A stretch of 64,000 bases of DNA from Octopus sinensis (taxonomy: Eukaryota): NCBI RefSeq assembly GCF_006345805.1, contig NC_043008.1, forward strand, positions 50,592,001 to 50,656,000, given 5' to 3'. Within the stretch, counting starts at the first letter, position 1. Each line of letters begins with the position of its first letter. The notes below the pieces were generated by a model, which saw only the letters and a program-made list of their open reading frames with translations, was not told the origin of the DNA and ran no database searches. Positions 52,212 through 64,000 of the stretch are shown piece after piece. The translations under genes and the position numbers were made by a program.

Positions 52212-52508
52212 TTGTTCCTTCTCGAGCCATCCCTGGCTCATAGGGCCAGTTTCTCAGTTTCCTTGGCATATAGGTTCCCCACCTGGACAGGACACCAGTC
52301 TGTCGCAGGTGAGCTGCAAGATGCAGGAGGAATGGGTGAGAGAAAGTTGTGGAGAAAGAGTCAGCAGAAGTTTGCCATTACCTTCTGCTGGAGCCGCGTG
52401 GAGCTTAGGTGTTTCACTCATAAACACATATTGCCCAGTCTGAGATTCGAATCCACGATCCCTTGACTGCAAGTCCGCTGCTCTAACCACTAGGCTATGT
52501 GCCTCCGC
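52212..52508 (-). mobile_element. tRNA-derived SINE (GGAGGC head family) with 12-bp TSD
   Basis: Minus head GGAGGCACATAGCCTAGTGGTTAGAGCAGCGGAC...GATTCGAATC; AATTCTACAAGT at 52200-52211 and 52509-52520. Confidence 0.85.
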
Positions 52509-54229
52509 AATTCTACAAGTAGAACTGGTAATTTTAGTTTAGTCACAAGATCTGAAATTTAGTGGGTGGAGGTGCTACTTCATTCCATTGACCAAAATGC
52601 TCAACCGGTTCATCAACCTTGAAAAGATGGAAAACAATGTCAACCATGACAGTATTTGAACTCAGACCATAAAGACAGATGTAATACTGTTAAGTATTTT
52701 GTCTTGTGTGCTAATAATTCTGCCAGCTCACCACCTCAATTCTAGTATAATAATAATTGGTTCTTACATTAGCACAAGGTCTAAATATGGAGGAGGAAGT
52801 TAGATGATTTCATTGGCTTCAGTACTTGGTTTGTTTCATTGACCTCTGAGAAGATGAAAGGCAAAGTTGACCCCAGTAGGATTTGAACTCAGACTGACTA
52901 TTTCGAACAGATACTGCAAGGTACTTTTTTTTTTCTGACACTCTGATCATTCAGTCAATCTTTCTCCATAGACTGTGGAACTGCTTCACCAACCACATTG
53001 CAGATGTGATACAGATTCTGACACTTCAGAAATGAAAGTGAAAGTAGAAATGTTTTTCTTCAACTCTCAGGTTAGTCCGAATTGAGCGAATCTATGACCA
53101 TGGCTATGTGTTCTAGCCATGACCATCACTCAATCTTCTTTTCAGGCATAGTGTATCTAAGACTACATTATTCAATGTGTCCTTCTGCTTTATGACAGGA
53201 GTGGTATTTTATTTAATTGAACAGAAAATCACAATTTAAAGCAACCAAATTAAATATTTTAAGTCACTTGTTAACTAGTACATGAATTGTATGCAACGAC
53301 TATACAAATTGTATAATCTTTTCTACTATAAATATTAAACCTGAAATTCTGAAGGAATGAAGTTTGTCGATGACATAGTCCCTGGTGTTGGATGATAGGC
53401 AAAGATGACTTTCGTGGAATTTGAACTGGGAACGTAAAAACAGACGAAATGTTACTAAGCCGGTAGAAAAAAAAAAAAGTCGTGTTGTATTTAATATTCT
53501 CAATAAAATAATGGAAAAGATTACATCAATGTTTTATTGAAAGTTTTCTATTTTCTTTTCGAACCATTTTATTGAACCTTGAAGGGATGAAAAGCTAAAT
53601 AGTGGTTTCGAATGTTGACACAAGGCCAGCAATGTCAGGGGGTGGGTAAGTCGATTATATTTACTCCAGTGATCAACTAGTACTTATTTTATCGACCCTC
53701 GAAAGGATGACAGGCAAACTCGATCGACCTTTGCGGACACACAAACGGATTAAGTCGATTACATTGACCCCAGTGCAAAACTGGTACTTAATTCATCGAC
53801 CACGAAAGGATGAATAGCAAAGTTGACTTCGGCGGAATTCGAACTCAGAACGTCGCGACAGACGAAATACTGCTAATCATTTCACCCGACGTGGTAACGC
53901 TTCAACAAGCTCGCCACCTTTTTTTAAAGCTAAATATTCAGAGTTCACCAGGTTTTGAAATAAAGATGAAGGGACATAACTCAAATACTCCAAAAACAAT
54001 TTGTCAGTCGTCCTGTCACTATTATATCTAATAAAATAGAAATAATAGTAGTTAATATCAATTTTATCAATACATATTTAAAGAATTATGAATAAAGTTG
54101 TAATTGTTGTTTAATCCAGATCACTTTTCACATAGCAAGCAACCTTGGGAAATTTTTCACGAAATGATGCTGCTATTTCTAGCATATAGAGAGACCAGCT
54201 GTAGGTTCACTGAAGAGCCTAAAAATAGA

Positions 54230-56150
54230 AGTAGAAAGTCAGAACTGGTTTACGGAAACGGTAATTTTAGAGTAACAGTAACAAAGGTCGTTTTAGTAGT
54301 AAAAGTAGAACTAGTAGTACTAACGATAAAACTAATAAACTGTAAAAAATATTTCACTAATTGTTAAATGTAACTGTAGCACTTCCGGTTTGTGAAACCA
54401 GTCAGTAAACAAAATAACGTCAGCTGTTATAGTAGTATATGTGATGATAATGGTTAAAATTATATAATAGCAGTTGTAGTGGTACTAATCGTAATAACGA
54501 AAATAAATAACATATAATATATATAACCGAAATAGTTGTAATTAATGTTGATAATTGAATTAAAGGATGGCACTTCCGGTTTGTGGAATATAAAATTATT
54601 TGAAATTTTGATTCAAAAGTCAGCAAATTCGGGGGAGTTGAGAGTCGTTTGCATCGACCCAGTGTGTAACTGGTACTTATTTTATCGACCTTAAAAGGAT
54701 GAAAAGTAAAGTCGACCTCCGTAGAGTTAGAACTCAGAAAAGTAGCGACGGACGGACGAAATACTATGAATATGCAATATACAGTAACAGAAATAACGGT
54801 TGCTGGTAGAACTAGTGGTAACTGTAGTAATAGTAGAAATAGTTGCTACTGTAGTGACAGGAGGAACAAATGTAAATATTATAGTAAAAGTAGTAGTTGC
54901 AGTTTGGTTCGCTGAGAAGTTCCGGTTTGTGGAAGATGTAATACAGTACCGGACAAATTTCCGGCAAGCTTGGAACCGGAAGTATTCCGGATTTCTGGAG
55001 TTTCGGTTTTCTGGAGACAACACATATTTCGTTTTCGGATTTGGTTTGCAAGATTCTTTATATATTTCTAATATGAATAAACTATGAAAAGTAAATAACT
55101 AAATCGTATTTCACAAATTCAAATTAATTTACTTCTAAAGTAGGGTTTGTTCGATATTTATTAAAATTCTTAAAATATATCATATAGTACCATATATTCA
55201 CTATAATGTTCGTAGGGTGAAAATTAAACGAAGAATATGATTTCATTTGGGAGATACAAGTACAAATTTACACACTTCTAAAGAAGAATATGTTTGATCT
55301 TTATTGATCCACATATAAAAAAAACTAAAGAACGAAATTATTTAAAATAAGAATGGTGGAGGGTTTGACAGAATCTGACAAGTAGGAGAACTTCATTCTC
55401 CACTATTGACTTTGGCATAACTTCTACAACTAGATACCCTTCCACATGCAAAAACAGAGTCTGTTTATCCAATTCCCAATACAGTATACTGCACTGTATT
55501 CCCCAATTTCTGAAATCCTCCCAAGAAGTCTGATACTGTATATTCTTAAGGATAATTATAATGATGATAGTGGTGTCGGTGGTAGTTGTAAGATGTCATG
55601 GTAGGAGGTTACGTCTGTCTGTCTCTCTTTCTCTTTTACGGGTGCTGAGAAGTATTTACTAAACACACAGTATGGTAATATACTGCATGATGAAGCAAAT
55701 AATTTCCGGATTTCTGGAAGCCGGATAAGAAGTTCCGTACCGTACTAGAAGAATAGCGTTGACAGAAATAACAGCCGTTGTAATAATAGTAAAAGTAGAA
55801 GTAGAACTAACTAGTAGTGCTAGAAAAACAAATTGTAAAAATAGTAATTAAAAATAATAAATAGGAAAAAATTGTAGTTATACGAATTTGCAGAAATGCT
55901 AAGGTTACTATTTCCGGTTTATTGAAGAAGTGATATACTAGTATAATGTTAATAGAAATTATCAGTGGTTGGGATGATAATTATGATTATTGTAATAGTA
56001 AAAGCGGACCGATTAGTGGTAGAGAAGGAGTTATGGTAATAGTGATGGTAAAGGTGAAAAAAATTAATAGTAAAAGTGGTTTTTATAAATAGTTAGCAAG
56101 GTCAGGTCAATAGTTCCGTTTTGGAAAGCGGAAGTGACGTTCAATTTGTG
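54230..56150. repeat. Complex degenerate repeat: (GTA/ATA)-rich blocks punctuated by TTCCGG(T/A)TT motifs
   Basis: TTCCGGTTTGTG at 54383, 54574, 54920; TTCCGGATTTCTGGA at 54985, 55704; TTCCGGTTT at 55912; GCGGAAGTGACGT at 56128. Confidence 0.7.
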
Positions 56151-56894
56151 TATAATAAAGTCATTCGTTGTCTTCTGCTGCCTTCTTTGACACAGAGGAC
56201 CCCTTCCAACATTTTTTTTTGTAAAAAAAAAAAAAAAAAAAGAACTTCTCCTTTTTTTTGCCTAACTTCGTTCGTCTCGTTAAAAAAAAAATCCCATATA
56301 AAAAAAACAACACACACAGCGAAGCTTTAGTGGAACCGTCCCCGTTTAAAGGGCCAACTAAAACACTAATAGACAGACACACACACACAGAAAGGAAAAA
56401 AAGGACCCCCCCTAAACAAAACAAATACAAGTGGAGCTTTTTGGAGATAAGAGCAGCCCCAAAAAACAGAGTCGAAGGAAACGGCCACACGGTTCTCTAA
56501 TCAACAGGAGGTGTTCGGCATGAGTGAACTAACTCCAGATGAGGTAGGAACAATCAGACATGAATAACAACAACACTGTGCAATGCTAACCGTTATTTTC
56601 ACACAGACACACTATATATATATATATATGTATATATGTGTGTGTATATACGGTCGTATCTATAATGTATAGGTTTACACATATGTACATGTCTATGCCT
56701 ACGTGTATATATATATATATATATACATGTCTACGTTTATGTATATATGTCTGCATGTATGTATATTTGTCAATGCTTATATGTATGTATATATATATAT
56801 GTCATTGCCTATATGTATGGTATATATATGTCAATACATATGTATGTATATATCAATACATATATGTATGTATATATCAATACATATATGTATA

Positions 56895-56926
<32 letters not shown>

Positions 56927-57064
56927 CAATACATATATGTATGTATATATATATATATATCGATGTATATATGTCTGCATGTATGTATATTTGTCAATGC
57001 TTATATGTATGTATATATATATTATATATATATATATATATGTGTGTGTATATATATATATATT

Positions 57065-57097
<33 letters not shown>

Positions 57098-57911
57098 GTA
57101 TTTACATTGACGATATGTGTCTGTGTTTCTATATGTATATCAATCTACCTTTATAAACATATATATATGTATATATATGTAAGTATATGTGTGTCTTTGC
57201 TTCTGTTTACCATCTTTGTCTCTCAGTTTTTATGTCAGAGAGACTGACTCCGTTTTGCCTTTTTGCTATCTTTCCTTCACATTTCGTTATTTGTTTGAAA
57301 CAAACAGAAAAAAAACCCCAACAAAAATGGTTAAATTTGTCAATCTCTCTCTCTGTTCAAACCTTTGTCTTTCGTGTCTCCTACTCTACTTAAAAAGCTT
57401 TCGGGGGTCTGACACTAGAAAACATTACATAGAACTAGGTTGGCTTAAGAATGATAATATTAATGAATTCAAATTTCATTTTTTGACGAAACTCTAATAT
57501 AACAACTCTTGTCTGCGACGACAGGGAATCGTCAACACAAACTGCAACTAACCGTTATTTTCACACCAATAATGTGTGTGTCTGTGTATATAATATAAAT
57601 ATATATATATATAATATATATATATGTGTGTAGTGTATATATGTGTGTCTACAAACATGTATGTATTTTATGACTGTTTACTTTATCCTCTGTTTCTCTG
57701 TTTGAGACTTGTACATTGCTTATGGTTGTATCTTGTTTCTTGTTAACGAAAAAAAATGTTCGAGTTTGTCTTTTTCTCTCTCTCTCTCTCTCTCTTTCTT
57801 TACTCTTTTTTTTTTTTTTTTCTTTCCGTTTCTCTTTTTAGCACCCCCCCCACTTCATCAACTGTACTTCAGTTTTCCTTAGGATTATATATATATATAT
57901 ATATATATATA

Positions 57912-58023
57912 TCACCGTGACCGACCAGGCTATCAGATGTTGCTACACATCGCTGGTCACAATGCGCTTCGCATTGTTTTAGCCTTCAAATGACGCCACC
58001 CCGCTGGCTAAGCGAGCAGGCCA

Positions 58024-58024
<1 letters not shown>
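57912..58024. mobile_element. CpG-intact SINE fragment embedded between (TA)n tracts
   Basis: TCACCGTGACCGACCAGG...GCGAGCAGGCCAA flanked by (TA)n on both sides; decayed relative near 25930-25990. Confidence 0.55.
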
Positions 58025-58058
<34 letters not shown>

Positions 58059-58287
58059 TGTGTGTGTGTATAGATGTTGTGTTTAATTAAACATGTAGCT
58101 ATATGTACATGGATTGAATCAAATTTCATTGTCTTCGTGGGGGTCTCTGGGGGAACAAGATCGCCCCTAGATTGTGAAAAAGCAACGACACAAAAACAAA
58201 TTTAAAATAAACAAATACCCTACACCCGAAAATTAAACCAGAAAATATAAAAACAACAAAAGTAAATGATGGATGTGTTCGTGCGTA

Positions 58288-58351
<64 letters not shown>

Positions 58352-59132
58352 GATATATTTTCTTTTTCGTTTATATATCTCTGTTGTTGTTTTAGCTCCT
58401 GTGATATTTTGGTTATCAAAGGATCCTCAATTTGATGGGGGAAAGATGGTCATCGTAGGATTCGCTGGACAACCTTGCCCGAACACACCTGCGCTCAAAG
58501 TCATATCAACTGTGACCATCCTGTCTTATGATTATGTGTTTTGGACTACATAATTTAGTAGGGTGTGATTCGAGGACGTTTGATTGCTGTTACATATATA
58601 CCAAATCAAGTCACCACCACGTAGAAGCCTCCCCCCGCTTTTTTTTAACCCCTAGGAAGACTGGCTGAAACTGTATAATTTTGGAAAAAATAAACAGTGA
58701 AAAGTGCTTTCGTAGGATAGAAACATGTTTAGATTAACGGTTGATGTGGTTAACAGTGCAACATCTGCCTGGTATGAGACCTGTTAGAAGTCGCAGCCAA
58801 ATCTCACTCGAATAACAAACAGCTACCATCATAAATGAGGACATTTTGTTTTTGTGTAAATGTAATGACGATGGGGGTTGCCTTAAAGGAAGAAAACGAG
58901 ACGAGACGGTCTTCGCTTGAATGACTTTGATCACAGGTCGACTTGGACGCAGGGATGGGATAGTTACACGCGCGCACGTATTTGTGCATGCATGCATGGA
59001 TGCAAATATATATATGTGTTTGTGTGTGCACACATTGTTTACATATATGCTCATATCTGCTTCTGTATGTATATACATCTTCACATATACATAAGTTGCA
59101 GGCACATGCATATTTACATACACATAGAGACA

Positions 59133-59183
<51 letters not shown>

Positions 59184-59519
59184 ATATAATCCGAGGTCTA
59201 CAGTATTATATATCCATCACTGTCGATCTTACCACTTGGTTTCGCGCTAGGAGTACAACGGAATGTTAGGTATATACATGTATGTCTGTACACACACACA
59301 CACACGCTTTGCTGTTTGCTTTAGTATGATTTCTACGGCTTGATGCCCCCCCCCCCAATACAGGAACGGCATCCAGCCATAGAGAGTATACTAAAGCAGA
59401 CAGTAGAGATTGGTGCAGAATTCTGGCTTGCTAGCTCTTGTCAAACAGTCTAACCCCTGCCAGCTTGGAAAAGCGGACGTTAAATGATGACGATACACAC
59501 AAACACACGCACATTTTAT

Positions 59520-59979
59520 ATCCAGTGCTAGTAGGGTGCTAAGAGCACCATCCGAGTGTGATCGTTGCCAGAGTGGCTCACTGGCTTCCGTGCCGGTGGC
59601 ATGTAAGAGGCACCATTCGAGTGTGATCGTTACCAGTATCTGTGCTGTTGGCATGTGTAAAAAATTCTAGCGAGGTCGTTGCCAGTACCGCCTGAGTGGC
59701 CCCAAAAATTCGAGCGAGGTCATTGACAGTACCACCTGATTGGCCCATGTGTAAAAATTCGAGCAAGGTCGTTGCAAGTACCACCTGACTGGCCCCCGTG
59801 CCAGTGGCACGTAAAAGCACCCACTACACTCTTGGGGTGGTTGGTTTTAGGAAGGGCATCCAGCTGTAGAAACTCTGCCAGATCAAGACTGGAGCTTGGT
59901 GCAGCCATCTGGTTCGCTAGCCCTCAGTCAAACCGTCCAACCCATGCTAGCATGGAAAGCGGACGTTAAACGATGATGA

Positions 59980-59985
<6 letters not shown>
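59520..59985 (+). mobile_element. RTE-tailed modular element with expanded internal module array
   Basis: Repeated CGAG(T/C)G(T/A)G(A/G)TCGTTGCCAG..CTGGC and GTGCCGGTGGCA units, standard GGAAGGGCATCCAGCTGTAG and (GAT)n end. Confidence 0.8.
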
Positions 59986-60017
<32 letters not shown>

Positions 60018-60889
60018 CCTTGTCATTTCTAAGCTGGCATGGGTTAGACTAACAAGAGCTGGTTAGGTAGAGAGCTGCACCAAGCTCCATTGCTTTAGTC
60101 TGGTTTCTGTGAGCGGACGCCCTTCGTAATACCAACCGCTTTACAGCATGTACTGGGTGGTTTTGATGTCGCCCCAGCTCTGGTGCTTTAGCAGGGTTGC
60201 CGAATTACTTGCGAGGTGAAGACCTCTCAGTTGGGAGGAGTGTGGTGTGGGGGGTGGAACCGGGTGGGGAGTGACTGTGTGCAAGGTTACAGTATAATAG
60301 AGAGATATAGTTGTTTTACATTAGAAGAGGTACTTGGCTACCCTTGTAGGAAAAGAAAGAGAAAGAAATAGATGTTGTTGGAGATGCATCAGGACCTACC
60401 CATAGGGAAGAGTGGATGGGGAGAGTATGAGTGGTACAGAAGGGCTCGCAGGGTGTGTTCCTTAAAAGTGTAAGGGGAGATGTATGGTGATGGAGAGAAG
60501 GTGACTAGCAAGTATGGTAGATATATGAGGGTAGGTAGTGTGTGCAGGTAGGCACATGAGAGAAAGTGAAAGGGTCTGCAGTGGTTGGTGGTCATGGGTG
60601 GTGAAATGGGGAGGTGTTGGGAAGATGGGTTGTGGGGGAGTTTTGACAGAGGACAGATATGTTTTATGTGTATGTACATATATATTCTTTTACTTGTTTG
60701 TCATTTGACTGCGACCATGCAGGAGCACCACCTTTAGTTGAACAAATGGACCCCAGGACTTATTCTTTGTAAGCATAGTATTTATTCTATCAAACTCTTT
60801 TGCTCAACTGCTAAGTTACGGGGATGTAAACACTAGCATCAGTTGTCAAGTGATGATGGTGGAGGGACAAACACAGAGACGCAAACATA

Positions 60890-60921
<32 letters not shown>

Positions 60922-61283
60922 AAGGGTAAAGACCTCCTTTGGTCATGAATGATCATGGGATTGAAACCTAGAAAGTTTCCCTCTGAGGGACAAATCTAGG
61001 CAAGGTTGTTTTTATGGAAGATCAGCAGTCGCCTATGCATACCAGCCTCTCCTCTCCATTCCACTGATGTTATCCAAGGGAAAGGCAAAGGGGCTAATAC
61101 AACTTGACACCAGTGACTTCGCAACTCATTTCTACAGCTGAGCGAACTGGAGCTACGTGAACTAAAGTGCCTTGCTCAAGAACATAACATACAGACTGGT
61201 CAGGGAATCAAACTCACTACCTCGTGATTTTGAGCCGAATGCCCTAACCACTGAGCCATGCATCTTCACTATATATATATATA

Positions 61284-61319
<36 letters not shown>

Positions 61320-61322
<3 letters not shown>

Positions 61323-61480
61323 TTACTTTGCTGTTCCATCTGCGCAGACCGACCACCTGAGAGTTCGGAGAGGTCCTCCTTTATCGTCGTTGCCCAGGTC
61401 TTCAGCTGTCCACCCGTGCGTTTGCGCCAGTTGGGAAGTGGAGGTGGGAGGAGGACATCACGAATCAGCTCACCCTCTTT
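61320..61480 (-). mobile_element. RTE-type LINE fragment
   Basis: LLPPPLPNWRKRTGGQLKTWATTIKEDLSELSG...VGLRRWN. Confidence 0.7.
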
Positions 61481-62485
61481 TATACCCACGTGTGTGATAC
61501 AAACTATCCCACAGCATGGATGGATGGATGGATATAGGTCGTGGCACATTGCTATAAAGGACATGTCTGTATGTATGGATGGCCATGATTTTACTTGATA
61601 TATCTTCCTAAGCACAACAAATAGTCAGAAGTCTCAGTCCCATGTCATCTCCTCTGTAGTTTGGAGGCATCTACTATAGCTGCGTTGCTGTGTCTGCCAT
61701 TTGTTAGTGATTCCCTTTGCACCACTTGGGGGACAACCTCCCGTCCCATGGGTTTGGGTAGTTATTACTGATGAGGGTTTTATGAGGCTGGAGTGCAAAT
61801 CCTATCTCAGCCCCTTTTAGTCACCCTTTTATGACATGCAGGTGAAATGTTGGGTATGTTCCTTGACATGCCAGTCCCCCCACAACACTCCTCTGTAAAA
61901 TTCAACATCTGAAGATCATTTCTCACCAATCTGTCCCATGTCTTCCTATTTAGCTCACCATGTGAATGTATGTGCACCGAACCGCACATGTGCATATGCT
62001 TACATCTTTGTGGATTCTCGTATGAGCAAGAGTACATGTGCCATACAACCTGCGTAAGGGTGTTTCCACATCCATGTCTGTTAACGGTTATATTTAATAC
62101 TTTTCTTGCTGTATTGCATGTTCATTTCTTTGTGGCATTTGTTATTTCATTACTGATCTTCCATATAAATGAAGGTAGATCTGTTAATTTGCTGCTTTTC
62201 TTTACACAAATTGAGAAGATACTTTGTGGAACTGTTATTTTAATGAGTTGTATCTATTTATCTCTTGAAGAGACACATCTGCACCATTGGATGCTCCTGA
62301 ACCAGTTAAGAATCCTACTCATTAGGGATTGATGCTAGCTGATGGGTTGAAACAATCCTAGTGATTAATTAAAATTCTCGTATCTTCCATCTTCTGTCTC
62401 TCATTAACCAAATGCATAACGAGCACTGTGAAAGTGATCGTGCTTTACCAGTAAGCCACCATGTATAAACCATTTGTTTTATTAC

Positions 62486-62533
<48 letters not shown>

Positions 62534-62689
62534 TCATCATCATCATCGTTTAACATCTGTTTTCCATGCTAGCATGGGCTGGACGGTTTGACCGAGGTCT
62601 GGGAAGCCAGGAGGCTGCACCAGTCTCCAGTCTGATCTAACCCAACATAGATTAGGGTTCAGATTTAGAGCTAGGACTTGGGAAGTATG

Positions 62690-62950
62690 AATCAGTTTGG
62701 GAAAGGAAGATATAGAAGCGTAAAAATCCATCAAAGAATCAGAAATTTAGAGAAATTCTTGGTGAAGCATTTGGCAAAAGAAGGGAGGCAGACATATATA
62801 AACTCATAGCAAAGAGGGCAACTGGAGGCTCCTGTACAACAACCTGCTGAGGGCCAGAGAACAAACTTGTAGTCGGTGTAAGGGTCCAGCTAGATGGAAG
62901 GTGATCTGGTGGTGGGACAGTGAGGTAGACAGAACCATAAAAACAAACAA
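62690..62950 (+). mobile_element. RTE LINE endonuclease-RT linker fragment
   Basis: WRLLYNNLLRAREQTCSRCKGPARWKVIWWWDSEVDRTIK, containing the WWW-x-x-EV motif. Confidence 0.65.
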
Positions 62951-63432
62951 ACAAAGTTGTAAATCATGGTGGATGACCTCCTGACAAATTGGAGAACCTC
63001 CTGCTTCACTGTCTACTTTGGCATGGTTTCTACAATTCGATACTCTTCCTAATACCAGCCAATTTACCTAGTGTACTGAGTGCTCTTTTGTGGTTTTACT
63101 GCTAGTGAAGGTCACCTCATAACCTACAGGGCTATGGGCCTAAAGTGGAAGTAAATGTTGGCATGTGCAAAACTCAAGTCAAATGATGCATGTTGTCATT
63201 TGTGCTGCCAATCCCATGCTTCCCCCAGCAGCTTGGTTAAGAGTTGTGGTTGATATCCACGTCCCTGCTTGAGTCATTGAATATCTAATGGGAAGAACTT
63301 GCTGCAGTGTTGTCTGCTGAAGTAAAGCCATTGGTTGTTTTTTCTAGTGGCAAGGGTACCAGGCATGGATGGCATTCCACTGGAGACCATAAAGTTTGAA
63401 AAGAGCATCTTGTATGATCAGCACAGGCAAGT

Positions 63433-63790
63433 GGAGGCGCAGTGGCCCATTGGTTAAGGCAGTGGACTCACAGTCGGAGGATCGCAGTTTCGATTCCCAG
63501 ACCAGGCGTTGTGTGTGTTTATTGAGCGAAAACACCTAAAGCTCCACGAGGCTCTGGCAGGGGGTGGTGGCGACCCCTGTTGTACTCTTTCGCTCCAACT
63601 TTCTCTCACTCTTTCTTCCTGTTTCTTGTCCCCGACTTCCTACGCAAGCGCTGAGCCTGGATGCGCATTCATCCATCCGTCGACGCTCTCGGTGTCGGGG
63701 GTTGACCTGCTTTCTCTTCTGCGGGTCTTACGAATAGCAAAGGACCACGTTTCGGACTTCTCCCACTAATGGGACGAAGACCACTTTGCT
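63433..63790 (+). mobile_element. tRNA-derived SINE (GGAGGC head) with highly structured 3' region
   Basis: A-box TGGCCCATTGG (63443), B-box GTTTCGATTCC (63487); same body as 52212-52508 but a different, GC-rich, multi-hairpin tail. Confidence 0.75.
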
Positions 63791-64000
63791 CAACAAACAA
63801 ACAATCAGCTATAGGGCCAGTGCTGGAAAGGAGGCGCAGTTCCACAGGATATGAGAGACTGCAGTATTGTACTCAGTACAAGAAGAGAGGATATAGGAAT
63901 GATTTCATCAAGCACAGAGGAATTTTATTTTTATTTATGATAGGGGACCAAGACTCCTGGTGGTTTGCTGTGCTTGAAAAGACATATTAAGCTAAGTAAA

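Noticed and set aside
56200-56480. Novel element
   Set aside because: Looks like a garbled SINE with homopolymer expansions; possibly low-quality consensus sequence
56638-57156. Long YI/CV-rich ORFs (also 6176-6503, 11996-12360, 44355-44795 and others)
   Set aside because: Translations of (TA)n, (TG)n and (CA)n microsatellites
63433-63505. tRNA gene (also heads at 52440-52506, 18984 and 3322)
   Set aside because: A/B boxes present but no complete cloverleaf or acceptor stem; each continues into a SINE body

Overview
Eukaryotic, AT-rich, repeat-dense animal DNA. The SINE families (tRNA-derived, Nin-domain, and RTE-tailed with (GAT)n ends) look like octopus or another coleoid cephalopod; this is inferred from pattern recognition, not a search. 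Only one protein-coding exon is well supported: an SLC35E2-like transporter exon on the minus strand (4650-4937, canonical splice sites). Candidate non-coding minus-strand exons lie at 36636-36883 and about 45320-45475, the latter in a promoter-like region. The rest is SINEs, decayed RTE LINEs, mariner remnants, MITEs/foldback elements and micro/minisatellites; almost all listed ORFs are repeat artefacts. The most notable signal is a ribozyme-like cassette at 33.45-33.92 kb. It holds a 165-bp palindrome of two inverted minimal hammerhead motifs, a (TA)n-centred palindrome, and a third hammerhead in a Penelope-like segment that has a homologue at 24.8 kb. No CRISPR, rRNA or true tRNA genes were found. 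Repeat boundaries are approximate unless a TSD or TIR is cited.
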